A DNA stretch of 63,334 nucleotides, filler included, from Bipalium vagum (Eukaryota), in assembly GCA_037834085.1 (NCBI GenBank). It is 3 parts of 3 records of this genome, joined end to end, with 100 filler letters (N's around TTAATTAATTAA, not from the genome) between each part and the next. Parts side by side here need not be neighbours in the genome. Positions count along the whole stretch, not along the records: positions 16,178 to 41,284 come from JBBMKC010197164.1; positions 41,385 to 63,334 come from JBBMKC010228753.1; 1 more part is not named here. One strand, 5' to 3'. The position numbers were made by a program, and so were the translations under genes. Below are positions 38,546 to 51,920 of the stretch, piece after piece (position 1 is the stretch's first letter; each line of letters begins with the position of its first letter). The notes below the pieces were generated by a model. It did no database searches. It was not told the DNA's origin and was given only the letters and a program-made list of their open reading frames with translations.

Positions 38546-40239
38546 TAAATGTTAACTTTTTGTAATTTCGATATTTAAGTAAAAGTATAAAAAACTTAAT
38601 TGGTTTTTTAATTTATGTACACGGAGCAAGGACGAATGAAAGCAGTGGACGTATATCAAGACATTTTACTTTAGGACCATATTGATTTGGTCTTTTTTTC
38701 TCTGTTTGTTCTGTTTTTCATCAATTGAATAAAGTTTGAATTTCTTAGTTCCTTAATTGTGTTGGGAACCCGACAATTGGATTTTATGAGTCAGATAAAT
38801 TACGCCTTTGGTCAATATTCAAAATATTAACCAATATAAATATACTATCAAATGAGTTCTATTTTTCAATCCCCTTTTAAAATTTCGCTGATTTCTTTTA
38901 AATAAAAATATTATTTTATATAATTAATTATTTAATAATTAATTATCTCTTAAAACAGAAGTTGTCTTGTTTTTACAATATTTGACGATCCACCCAAACT
39001 TGTTTCAGAATATGTGTAACATTGGAAAAAAATTGATTAATAAACTGAAAATAAAGAATGTCAAAACAAGGATGAATTAAAATAATATATTATTATTAAT
39101 ATAAATAATAATATTATTATATCATATTTTTTGAAAAAATATTTGTCCAATTTTCACTAAAAATTTCGATGAAAAAAAAATAAATATTTGATTAAAACAA
39201 CCGAGTGTTTACACCAAATAAATATTCGCGGGTGGAATATGAACATAGAATGTTACGATTTTATTGTTTTTGACAGTTCCACCTTTTCCCTTCACATACG
39301 TGATCAAATGTTTTGGCTGTGCATTTCATCTATCTTATCCCAGGTTTGATCTCACTTCAATTTACATAAAAGGTCGTCATTTTCTTTGTAAAAGGTCCAA
39401 ATTAATACATTCAAAGAAATTGTAGTTGAGAAAAAATGTTCTCTGTCGAAATTGAATTATCCTTTACTCAATGATCATTCATTGTTCATTTTCACGATTA
39501 TCTTATACGTATGATTCTTCTTTTGGCTTCTGTTATCTTCATAATGCGTACAAGAATACCGACCTGCTTCTGTTTGAGTATAAATGGATGAATTCATTCT
39601 GGACCTCGTGATGATTAATTAATTACGAACTTTCAATAAAACCTATTTCTTTTCCTTTTAAGATTTTCTGTATCATATAACCCTATGAAAATTGTCGATA
39701 TAGGACTGTTTAGTTCCTATACCAAGTTGATTTCCGTTTAAAAGGGGTTCTTGTCCCGCATACGCTCCGAATCGCTGCCGTCAAATATCTTCATTGATCA
39801 TTTCTGTTTTCAAGTCGAAATCGTTTGATTTTAGTCTTTAAAACCAGAATTGATAAATTAAGACAGCTGGACTTTGTCAGCATTAGCTTCTAATGATGAT
39901 TCCACAGATATCTTTAAGTAGTATTTAAAATCAAATCAAATTAACTTTAAGTATGATAATGGCCAATATATGAAGAAGTTTTCCATAATAGATTTTTTCG
40001 TTTTCAACCAAAACCAATGCAACCGTCCAAAGTGATCGAATTTGTTCCTTTGTATTTCATATAATTTTAAAATCAATTCTTCTACGTCTCTACCCTAGTG
40101 TCCTATCAAGTATATGTAAATCCATTTCGTTCAGTTACCAAAGATTGATAAAAGGTTGACCAAAAAACCCTTTCTTTAATTATTCTTGAGGCCAGCTAAA
40201 AACAATAATGAAATATTTGGAAGGAGACTTGAGTCTTAA

Positions 40240-40530
40240 ATTATGTCGGTAGTTATGACCTTCTAATGAACATATTTCTTCATCTGCAGCACTGAGGGTT
40301 TTCCCATAGGGTTTTTTAAAAATAATTCGAATTGTTATTTTTTCGTCACTTCGATTGTAGAAACAAATACAAACTAAAATTATATAAAACCTTAATTAAT
40401 ATGAGAATAAATTCTGAAAAAAACTTTTAAATTGATGTATTCAAATGTATCGATTTATTGTTTATCTATTTGAAATATTTAAACTAAGATTCAAATAACA
40501 TTGCAGGAAAAGACTTTTGATACACCCTAG
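40240..40530 (-). mobile_element. 5' end of a second copy of the 35904 mariner family, inverted
   Basis: rc TA-ctagggtgtatcaaaagtcttttcctgcaatgttatttgaatcttagtttaaatatttcaaatagata aligns with 35904 onward for more than 200 bp. Confidence 0.85.
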
Positions 40531-41284
40531 TAGACCGGATTTCCATTTTTGTGTAAAATTAGCTGATATATTATTGTATAAAATAAATTAAGAGATTTCT
40601 GTAACAAAATTTAGGGAATTTTAATTTGTTAATTAACTGTTAGTTAAAAATTAATTAATTTGAGAATTAATTATTAGGGAAAGACTTTTGAAATTTATAT
40701 AGGAAGATGTGTTCTCGAATGAATTAGGAACTCTATTCTAATTTTATTCTTTTTTAATAATAATATTTTATATTAATCAAGTTTTTTTTTTATTTTATTA
40801 TTTTTAAAATAATTTTATTTCATTATTGAATTCTCACCAATAATATAAAAAGCTTATCAGAGTTTAACTCGCAAAGAAGCTTATAATGAAAACCTTTTTA
40901 AAATTAGGTACACATGTAAAAGTAAAAAGAATTAAAGACGGTTAAATATTACATATTTTGAAAGAATTAATTTATGATAAAATATTCAATGGCGTGTCAT
41001 AAAATGGAAAGGCGCACAACATTCTCTTTGTTATCCAACATTTTTGCGAAATTAAGTCTCCTTATTTTAATTGAAACAAGTGTCATGAGACCAAGCAAAA
41101 ATATTTGCGAAACTAAAACCCTAAGCACATAAAACATAATAAAGTTTCTCCATTTATTCTCCTTGATCTTCTTAGGAATGAAAAAATGTTTAACTTTTTG
41201 AAAAGATAAAGTTATGTTGAGTTAAAGGAAACAATAATAATAATAATAATAAATATAATAATAGAAATAATAAAAGAAATAATA

Positions 41285-41384
41285 NNNNNNNNNNNNNNNN
41301 NNNNNNNNNNNNNNNNNNNNNNNNNNNNTTAATTAATTAANNNNNNNNNNNNNNNNNNNNNNNNNNNNNNNNNNNNNNNNNNNN
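41285..41384. other. Artificial contig-join spacer (44 N + TTAATTAATTAA + 44 N)
   Basis: Identical to 16078-16177. Confidence 0.97.
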
Positions 41385-41424
41385 AATATTTTAGAAATTG
41401 AATTTACGACTAAAACACGAAACT

Positions 41425-41458
41425 TTTTGTTTGAGTCTATTTCAATGGCCAGGTACTG
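41425..41458. mobile_element. Terminus of another copy of the 10875 MITE family, truncated by the contig break
   Basis: ttttgtttgagtctatttcaatggccaggtactg-TA; its rc matches the 10875 left end. Confidence 0.88.
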
Positions 41459-43482
41459 TAAATGTCATGTCACAAAACTATATCCTAAGTAAATTCAAAC
41501 ATGTAAATAAATTAGAAAAAAATATTTATGAACACCTATTTAGTTTTAGTTCAATATTTAAACTGGTAAAAATAATAATTTTAAGACATGTCAGCATCCC
41601 ATTTAACTGTTCAAAAATAATTATCAAGATTTATAAATTCAAATTAAAAAAACTTTAATTAAAATAAATTTAAATTGCGATAGTTAAATCAAACTTCAAC
41701 ATTAACTTTTGATGAATATACTAGCAATTGTAATTAGGCTTATTGTGTTAGGGATTCTATTTTTTTAAAAATATGATAAACCAATTAATAACCATTTCTG
41801 AATTAACACTAATCTATAATAAATTTAACTAATGAAAAAAAAAATTTTCTAAACAATTTTGATAAAACATAATTATGTAAACTTTATTTTTTAGAAAAAC
41901 TTAATAATAATCATTTTTGTTTTAAATGACTACTTATAATAAGTTATCAATTCACAAAAATATGAAAAAGGTAAAATTTATAAATTTTCTTTGTGTTCTT
42001 TATATTATAAAAAATGTGTTCTTAGTTATTGTCAAAACCGTTATTTTAAAAAATAATTTTAATGTTGCTTTTTCGTAAATTTAGAAGTAGATTACAATTC
42101 ATAATATTTTAACACTTTATTTTGCATAACACAAAGATTAACTAAACATTATTTATTATTGTATAAAAAATAGTTTTTAATATTTTTTCAGTAAACAGTA
42201 CTCATTTTTCAGATTTTTTCAATATTTTTCATTATGTTCTTAACGATTAAATGGTAAATATAAAAATCGATCACATAATATTTTTTAGTCTGGACCTGAT
42301 GTGAAAAATGATATTATCCTAATATTAAAAACTACAATATTCAGAAAATTGTAAAATATTTTTTATTAGATTAGCAGATTGAAAGTAATTTGCATACTAT
42401 TGTTTGAAAGAAATTGATTGGCAGATTGAGAATAATCTTTGATTTTGTGTAGGTGGTCTAAAGTACATTTCAAGTAAATATTTTAAATTCATATCAGTAT
42501 TAATATTTATATCGCTCCTAATATTGAAGAATTTTCTCTAGTCCTATCCAAACATTTAGGATTATTGTGAATCATGTATTAATATTGCTGAAAAAATTTC
42601 GATTGGAATTGTTGTTATTAAATAAATGAAATTCCTAATTATTTTAACCACTTTTTTATTATAAATTTATATAACCAGGTTTTTAAAATTAAAAAGAAAA
42701 TTTGAATATCATTTTTATAAAGTTGGAATGAAAATATAGTTTAAAAAACAAAGATTTTTTTTGTTTACTTAAATTAATAATAATAAATTAAAAATTCTAT
42801 TAAATAGTATAATTTCTAGTCCCAATTTTAGTCGAGGATTAAATGTAAAGAAAAATATTTTTTTTTCTTGGCATATTTTTTATTTATCTTTTCTAAATCT
42901 AATAAAGAACAAATACTACAAATGCCATAAATCTGTTTTCTAAAAAAATGCACTTTTCTGTTTTAATTTTTGATTTATAATCAAAAAATTTTAATCTTTT
43001 ACGTTGTTGATTATTCGAAGTTAATCAAAACTGTTACATAAGTAAATATGTCACTTTTTTATAAGTTATTTTTTTCTTTTTGTTTTTAGTTTTGTATGCA
43101 CAATTCCGATTTATAATGAGGAAACTGCTTCATCTTATTTTTCAGCTGAATACTTAAATATATTAAGTTATCCTTGTAAGATTTGTAAAGATCAATAAAA
43201 CTTATTATCCGATCAATGTTTTCTAAAATAAACAAAACTATAATGAAGCATTGACCTTATTATAATTTTTAGGAATATAATTAGATGTTTTATAATAGTC
43301 CAAAGTCTGTCAACAATGAACTTTTTATCAACTAATTTACGTTATCGATAAACATTTGTAATTATAAGAAAATCGATAAATTTGAATTTTTTAAAAAATC
43401 AATATCGGTTTTAAGAACTTCAATAGTAAGTATATTTCTTAGATTGGTAAGTTTATTTTATTCACTGAAATTAAGTGAATAA

Positions 43483-43900
43483 TTTGATGGGTCAGAGATT
43501 ATTGTAGAAATCAATGAATCCCTGTTAGTTAAAAATAAATATCGTGGGAGAAGAAAGTTTAGTGACCAAAAGTGAATATTTGCTGATTTTGAAAGATCCG
43601 AAAAATCCAGATTCTTTAATAATAATAAGAATTTTATTATCTCTTATCAAAAACCGAATTTTACCAGTTACCTTAATGGATTAATGATTGCTGGAAGGCT
43701 TATGAAAAGTTGCATAGCCTTCTACCTGTTTTGTATTTAAGCATTTTCAAGTAAAATTCATATGATTTGGAAATGTTGATTTTCAAAGAATTTCATATCT
43801 CTTTTGAAGGATATAAATCCAAACCAAAACCATAGAAGCATTTCGGAGTACAGTAAAAAATTAAGAAACCTTGGAACAAATTAGATTAATAATATAGAAA
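43483..43900 (+). mobile_element. Merlin (IS1016/ISXO2-like) transposase remnant
   Basis: FDGSEIIVEINESLLVKNKYRGRR...*IFADFER (IGGxGxIVEIDES...KY.RGR...WVFGGxER), LIKNRILP, NDCWKAY (SDCWKAY), TIEAF. Confidence 0.82.
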
Positions 43901-44543
43901 CTTATCTGTGACATTAAACATTGGCAGATTTTTACCAATAATATTTTTGATTTACTTATTGAGTATGCAAATAAATATGCCATTTTCAATAAATTTTCTT
44001 TCTATTAAATATTGCCACTTTTACTGTTTTTGATTTATTTATGTAATATTTGTAATGTTTAATAATTTTAATTTGATAATCACCAGCTTTACTTTGTTAC
44101 ATTTAATATATTTCAACAGATCTGTTCCGAAAAAGACTTAACCAAGTTTTCTAATAATTTTAACTATTGTTTTTTATATTCTCCACAGAATATGATCACA
44201 TCGAATTGAGATCCAAATTCATATTATTCTAAAAAACTTTGATCTAATCTTCACAAGACTTTAGGAGAAAATTAACAATTTTTACATTTTATAAGTTTTA
44301 ATGTTTTTTATTATTATTATTATTAAATGTTTAATTAGTTAAAAAATTTAGCATAAATTCAAAGAAATGTGACCGAAAGAAATCATTTCAACTAATTATT
44401 ATACATTCTTGAAAAAAAGAAATATAGTTTTAAATGTTTCTTTTCACTTTTTGAATATTTTAAATTAGTGCTGTATGATTATAAAATCATTTTTATTAGT
44501 TTTCAATAACTCTTAATATCATCGAAGCATATTAAAAATAATA

Positions 44544-45431
44544 CTCCCTCCGTCCGGAAATATGGTATGCATTTCAACAAAAATCATAGATTATCGTGAT
44601 TATAAAAATAAATTGGCAACTGTCATTACATTGTTATACTAAATACTCATGACAATATAACCTGAAATATTTGACGTAAGCAATATCATTCTTAGTTAAA
44701 AACTTAACGCTCAGACATCAGTGTTTCTTGAGACAAATAAAATTAATACCGCTGCAAGACGAATATGGAAAATTCGGAAGGAAATTTGTTAAACTTAGAA
44801 AGAAGGGATTCCAAATATAAACAATTAACCAAAGAACAACGTCAAGGTATATTAGAAAAATTATTACAGCAGATGAAGGAGATTAAGCAAAAACACGGTG
44901 CAATCAATGAAGTTGCTACTGCATTTCGAGTTTCCAGGCTAACTGTTAGTAGAATTTGGCACAAACTCAATACAGAGAATGTAAAATATGTGCCGATGTT
45001 TCTTCAAAAACGAAAGAAAGATGCGGAAGAAAACCTAAAGACTATTCCAACAATTTAGCGCAAATAAAGAATACACCATTAAATCGCCGAGGAACGCTTC
45101 GCAGTCTTTTCTTCGCAATTGGTATTCCAAAATCAACTTTGTTTGATATATTCAAGTCGTGAAAGCATATCAAGAGAATATCTTCAACAGTTAAACCAAC
45201 TTTAAGAGATAAAAATAAAATGGACAGATTGGAGTTTTGCTTGTCTAAAGTAAGTCTTGCTATTAATGGAGATTTGCTTTTTGATGATTTGTACGACTAC
45301 TTTCACATTGATGAAAAGATTTATTTAATTAAAATGTTTCAAATAAAGTTAGTATAATATACTTGTCATGTACATTTTTTGATTTATTTTATTTTTTCGC
45401 AAATGTATACCTTATTTCCGGAAGGAGGGAG
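44544..45431 (+). mobile_element. Plant-type mariner (DD39D) element with Stowaway-like CTCCCTCCGT ends, internally deleted
   Basis: 31-bp TIRs ctccctccgtccggaaatatggtatgcattt versus rc ctccctccttccggaaataaggtatacattt, with TA TSDs. Frameshifted transposase: LTKEQRQ...VSRLTVSRIW, CGRK, LNRRGTLRSL, KPTLRDKNKMDRLEFCLS, FDDLYDYFHIDEK; truncated after the first catalytic D. Confidence 0.9.
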
Positions 45432-45533
45432 TAACTGAAAAATAAAAGTACCGAGACATAATAGATTTAACAATCATTATATAGTATGAATAATAAAAGA
45501 TATTTGTTATGTCATATCATTTTATTTAATGTA

Positions 45534-46603
45534 TTTGATTGGCAAATCAGTTCTATCTGTTTTTAAGTGGATCTTCGACACTATTTTTCACAAGATATTA
45601 TTTTCAACTGCTGCTTAATTGATAATAAAGTTTTATAAACAAAATTCAAGTAACAATAAGGACATAAACTATGAATACTTACATCTAATTTTTTATATTA
45701 CTTTTAAAAATGTAAGTGTTTTTATTTACATTTATTATCTTACTCTTGAAAAGGTGACAAAGTATCTGAGACACGTAGAAAACATGTAAATTATGTTTAG
45801 TTATTACCTTGCCAGAAAACATGATAAAAAATATTTGATAAAATTGAATTCGATGTTTTCAATATAAATGACTTTCCAAGCTTCTGTCGATCAGTTGAAA
45901 CTCGTTCAAATCATCTCGGCGCCATCATATTTCCATAACCATCTTACGTGGTTATGGAGATATATCTCATGCAAACATATAAAAATATCCTGTTAACACA
46001 GAATTGTTTCTCAACTTAATGTTTGGGTACTGCGTTAGTTAATAGTGGTCAATTTTTTGAGACGTATTTCAATATTTAATTCACTACTGAAAAAACAAAA
46101 CTATCCTTTCCTGAAAAAACTGATTACCACTTATGGAAAACTGGTTGTCTATTATAATGTTGTGGGTAAAAGATAACTTGTTCAGACCGACCAACCACCT
46201 ATATCATCATTAAAAACAGAATTGTATCCAACGAAGATCATATTTTCAGTTTTGTGGAATTTCAATATTTTACGGATATTGTCTACCAACAGAATAATGC
46301 CAGGAATTATATATCATTATTCACCCATCACAAAATATTTGGTTTTTTATAGGATGTTTATTCTCTTCTTTCCTACTCACTGAACTTGGCTTCTATCGAT
46401 TTCCATTTGTTTCGGTCTGTAGAATTTTTTAACGAGAAAACTATAATTGACGAAGAGTCTGTTAGAAACCACATTGACTCTTCCTTGTAAAAAATAAATA
46501 TGGCAGCTAATTATTGACAAGAAAATATTAAGAATACTTAATATATAATTCAAAAACTCTTATCTCTTCATTAAAATGTGCTTAGACTGATTTGCCAATC
46601 AAA
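45534..46603 (+). mobile_element. Decayed mariner with both TIRs
   Basis: TA-tttgattggcaaatcagt ... actgatttgccaatcaaa-TA; ELYPTKIIFSVLWNF and YSLNLASIDFHLFRS. Related to the 1052 family. Confidence 0.85.
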
Positions 46604-47805
46604 TATATCAAATCAATTAGAGAAATATGATAACATTAACAATTTGATTTAATTAAAACTTTGAAATACCATTCATTGGCGGATGCAATTAGAAAGTTCA
46701 TGAAAGACCTACGTACTTTTTAAATTTTAATGCTAATCTGATTTTGATGTGGTCAATGGTACTGGACTTATTTTAAGTACTTAGTTTTGATAATAAACCA
46801 AGTCCTTTATTTATGTTTATTATTTTAACACTTTCAATTTTTGGTTAAAGAAAGTAAAACGAGAAAATTTCTAAGAATATTCTAAACTATTACAATACGA
46901 TATATTTTCTGTAAGCAATGGTCATAATTAATTAATATATAATTAATGAATACTTGTGGAGTGTTCACAAAAGTGGAATATTACACTGTAAAAATGCAAA
47001 TAATCTACTAATCCGTCAAAATAAATTAAAATTACTAAAACAATTATTTAGGTTCTTATTAATTTTTTATGATTAACATACATTCGACTGAACTTAAGAC
47101 AACAAACATTTATTAAATATTTATCGACATTTTAATAATTTTCTTGTGTAAATTCGATATTTTAGATACTGTCAAATTTTTATCAAACGAAACAAAAGAT
47201 CATATAATATCTTTAAAAGGGTTTGAACTATTGTTTAATATTTCAGTTTTTATAAGAAACATAAATTATATATAGAATAAAAAAAAATAAATAGAAATCA
47301 ATAAAAAATGGCCTATTTGAGGAAATTAATATGTAAAAAATACTAATACTCTAACGAAACAAAAAATTTAGACTATTTCAGAGAACCATTGGTAGCCTAC
47401 CTACTGTCTATTCAAATTTCACAATGACATCTCACGTAAATCTGAAGTCTTCAAAATTACCTACTATTTCTCACAAAATTTGGATTTTTATTACATATTT
47501 CAAGCTTCAAAACTCCTACGTGAATTCAGTTCCACTGTCCCGGATTTTCACTTGAAAAAAATTGATGAAATAAAAATTCTTTATTATTTTTTTTGGAAAA
47601 AATTTATTCGTAAAAATGAATTTTACTGAGAAAAAAAATCGATTTTTAAAATTATTTTTAATTTCTCATAATTAATATTTTTACGTCAAAAATGATGTAA
47701 CTCTTTCCTATAACTTTTATCTGGAAAAGATTGCATTTTTCGTTCAATTTTTACTGATAAAATTTTTTTTGGTAAACCTCTCTTTTTGAATATTTTTAAT
47801 TTTTA

Positions 47806-48300
47806 TTAGGTTGATAAGTTCGTTCGTTTTTTAATCATTTACTAGTCAATAATATTTAGGCAAAAATAAAGACCATTCCATGATTAACAAAAAGATCAAC
47901 CAGTTACGTAGTTTCCACTATTATTGACAACTTTTTCACATCGTTGTACCAATTTTTTGATCCCGTTTTGCCACAATTGCGTTGGTATGTAATCAAAGTA
48001 TTTCTTAGGCCAAATCTTTAGGTCCTCATCATTGTTGAATTTTAAGTCGCGCATTTGATTAGAAAGCAAAAGAAAAAGATGGAAGTCTGACGGAGCAGGT
48101 CTGGGCTGTATGGAGGATGAGCCAAAACCTCCTAACCGAGTTCCTGGATGACCGTCTTTGTGAGCTGTGCTGTGTGTGGTCGAGCGTTGTCGTGTTGCAA
48201 AATTACTGGCTCTTGGCAACCAGTTCGCCTCTCTTGAATAACCTGGTTCAAGCGATACAATTGGTCTACGTAGAGTTGCAGGTTGATTTTGCGTTTATAT
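47806..48300 (-). mobile_element. Mariner 3' half
   Basis: ORF 47896..48219 with APSDFHLFLLLSNQM...GIKKLVQRCEKVVNNSGNY; terminal TA-ttaggttg. Confidence 0.85.
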
Positions 48301-48489
48301 GGTAGCATTTCAAAATAAATGAGGCAGGATTCAAAGAAAACAGAACTTAGGTTTGCAAAGTCTATCTCTTAGAAGTTTATAGGGCCGTGCCATGTAGTTA
48401 GGTTTTGGTTTATTTCAGCCGATTATCAGAATTCCATTGACTCAATTAAATCGTTCTAACGGTTTGTAAAGTACCATAGCTGGTTTAAA

Positions 48490-48877
48490 GTAAAATAACA
48501 TCAATACCATTCCATGGTCTTCGCGCTTTCTGGACCTCTCCATTATAGAGCATTTATGGGATGTATTTGGCAGTAGATTGCAAACAAAGGCGGAACCACT
48601 TTCCTCCTTGGAATCTCTAAAACATCAACCGAAAAAGCAGTTAAACCTAATTCCTTTTGAAACAGTCAAGCCTTTGTTCTACAGTATAACACACCCAATT
48701 GCGGAATATACCAAAAAGAATGGGTTTCTACATCCTACTGATGTAAATTTAATTAATAAATGTTTTGTTGACATTTGTATGTTAGTCTTTAACAATTTTA
48801 ACTTAATAGGAATTGTAAATTTCAAATTACTGTTTTTTAATCATTTTTCTAAGTGGTGGGATAATTTTAGCGCACAG
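48490..48877 (+). mobile_element. Tc1 (DD34E) C-terminal remnant
   Basis: IPWSSRFLDLSIIEHLWDVFG (WPSxSPDLNPIEHLW). Confidence 0.7.
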
Positions 48878-49869
48878 TATATTACTTTCCATCATAAGTA
48901 AGGGTAAACTGGCATTTTATATTTTTTATTAAATATGTAAATCTACTATTTATTATTAAAATAAAATATATTATTATTTTTCTATCTTACTTTATTCTTA
49001 TATTTTTATTTAAAATATTATCAAGAAATAAAGATTAAAAATAAACCCCAGATTAATATTTTTAAAGATATGGAAAATTTACTTTCATTACATTTATGTC
49101 TGGGTTTTTTTATTTATTATTTTTCAAATATACGTGTATTATAAAATTTTATGTTTATTAAATGAATAATATTTTTGAAAAATCCAAAATGATAGACATA
49201 TTTGAATTAGAATTAACGTTATATATAAATATAATTTTAATTAATATTATAATAATATTGATAATAATATATCATACAATAATAATAATGCTTTATTCAT
49301 GAGTTTTTAATTCTGAATCCTTAAATAAAATGCAATTAAAGATATTTACGAATTTGCAAACTGAATATAGATTTCATTACATATTTATCTACTTTATATA
49401 AACAAATATGTGGCCACAGTTTTAAATTAATCGATCGTTTCTAAAAACTTGGTCTAAGATAAATTATGACCAATAATAAATTAATCTCCAGAAGACAAAT
49501 ATTTAAATACCAGTAAAGACCTAGAAATATTAAAAGTAACCACAAGTAATATTGTTTTTGTCAGAAGTTGCAAAATTAACAAAAATTATTAAGTTTCTAC
49601 AGCTTAGTCCAACGAATTTTCCACTCCTTGAAAAAAACCACAAAATCAACATATTTTTATAGGTAATAATGGATATATAATTATTTAAATAAAATGTGTT
49701 TAAATTAGCTAAATGGTTTATTTTAGTGGTATTTTGTTTGAAATAAAATTTATAGCGAAAATGTTCAGGGGAAATGATATAAGTAAATTCAATAGAAGCA
49801 TTTTCAAGCAGGATGGAGTTACAATTACATTGCACAAGAAACAGGAATAAATAAATCAAGCATTGCGAA

Positions 49870-50230
49870 TTTTTGTCAACGAACTGGTGTGTTCAACAAT
49901 ATAATACCAAATGAAAACAACATAAAAAACTGTCATGGGCATAGAAAGATAACTGCAAGTTTTGATCCTTATTATTATCTCCAAAAATGTTATCCTCCAT
50001 CATGACAATGCCAAATCCCATGTTTCAAAAGATAACTAGAGAAAAATTAAGGAGCTCGAATTTGAAATTTTCACTCATCCCACATACTTTCCTGATCTCG
50101 CACAGTCTGATTTTCACCTCTTTAGATCATTACAGCAATTTATAAATATCAAAATTTTAAAGTCTGATGAGGATGTGAAAAATAAATTGCTTAAATTCTT
50201 TATCTCAGGAAACACTATTTTTAAAGTGTG
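49870..50230 (+). mobile_element. Mariner catalytic-domain remnant
   Basis: ILHHDNAKSHV and HPTYFPDLAQSDFHLFRSLQ. Confidence 0.85.
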
Positions 50231-51920
50231 ATAATCAGATAAAGGAAGGTCTTAGAACTTGGCTAGTTTGATGATTAGATGCTTGTGACATTAAAATATT
50301 ATAAATACATTTATATCTTTTGATAAAAACAAAATTAGTATGGTACCATTAATAATAATGATAGAAAATTAAATAAAATTGTTATTTTACACTCATTTTA
50401 GTACACGTTTATTAGAATTTCTGATCATATTTTTGAATAATTGGTATTTCGAAAAGGTAATCGGGAAAAGTGTTTCTACTTTCAATGAAATTTACCTTGG
50501 TATTTAAGACTTCAACATTAATAGTCTGTGGATGATAAATGTTTTCTGTTAGAATGAAGTAAAGATCAATTTGAGAAGCAAATAAAATTTCTCACAAACA
50601 ATATAGTAATAACAAAATTCAAGTTCAAAAAATAGGACAAATGAGATTCTTGCCCGAATTTTAAAAACTTTTTTTTCATTTAAGATATTTTTCTAATCAT
50701 CGATTTTTGAAAAATGTTAACCGAGCTTCTGGTAACATCAAGTTCTGTAATCACGAGAATAATTTCGTTGCTAAAAAAATAATGACAATTTTGATAGGAA
50801 AACTTCTTGACTTTAATAGTCAGACAAGATGTTCCATAATTAATCCACTTATCAAAATTATGTCCGACAAAAATGAATAGACTTGTAGACAATTAAGTCA
50901 TTATCTTAGAATCATGACAAGTTTATGAAAAACAAAACTGGAACAAATTATGTTTATTTTTATATCATAATTATTGATCTACTTTATTGTATAATTGACA
51001 ATTACACATTCAAATAAGTGAAAGTTTTTAAATTAATTAATTTTCAAAATAAAAATAATTCAATTAAAAAGATAAAAAAGAAACACCTCCACGATGGAAC
51101 ACGTTAGATAGGTCATTTTTTTATAAAAGATTTTCTATGAATAATGTTTATTAATAAACATATTCTAAACAAAATGTCATCCATTTGCAAATCATGCAGT
51201 GCAAAGCTCTCAAAAAATGTTTTTTGTATTTATAGAAAATACTTCATATTTGTAGATGTTTTAAAATAATATTATTATGTTAAGAATTTTATTTTTTTTT
51301 TGTTCCTTAAATTCAGTTTTAGACATTTGAAAATTTCTTTTTCTCAGAATATAAGATTTAGTTTTATTTATATTTCTTCACTCTTACTTCAGAACTTTAA
51401 ATAAATAAATAATGACGAACTTAGAAACTCTTTTGTCTGTTTCTCCTTATTGTTATATTATTATAATATTAGTGCCTATTTAAATAAGAATTCCTCGACA
51501 ACAATGAATTCTTTTTCTTAATGTGGTTCATAATTATAATTTTAAATTCCATTATCCTATTATTATTTAGAATAAGTTATTTTTCATTAAGTTTATTGTT
51601 TAAATTATATAAAGAACTTTAAATCTTAAAGATTATTATAAACTTAATAAAGGTATTTAACTATTATGAAATGTGCCTTTTTATAATGAATATTAAACTA
51701 TTATTATTATATTAAATATTAATAAATATTTGTTTTTATCATTCATAATAATATGAAGCAAACAAAAATAACAAATTGAAATTATCATTTTGAAAATTTT
51801 AGGAAAAAACCTTCCAGTATTTATTGTGATAATCAATGGGGAATCGTTTTTAATAAAGTTTTATTGGAAAAAATACCGAATTTACTTGTGAAAATTAGAG
51901 CTTCAACTTTTTTCTTCCAG

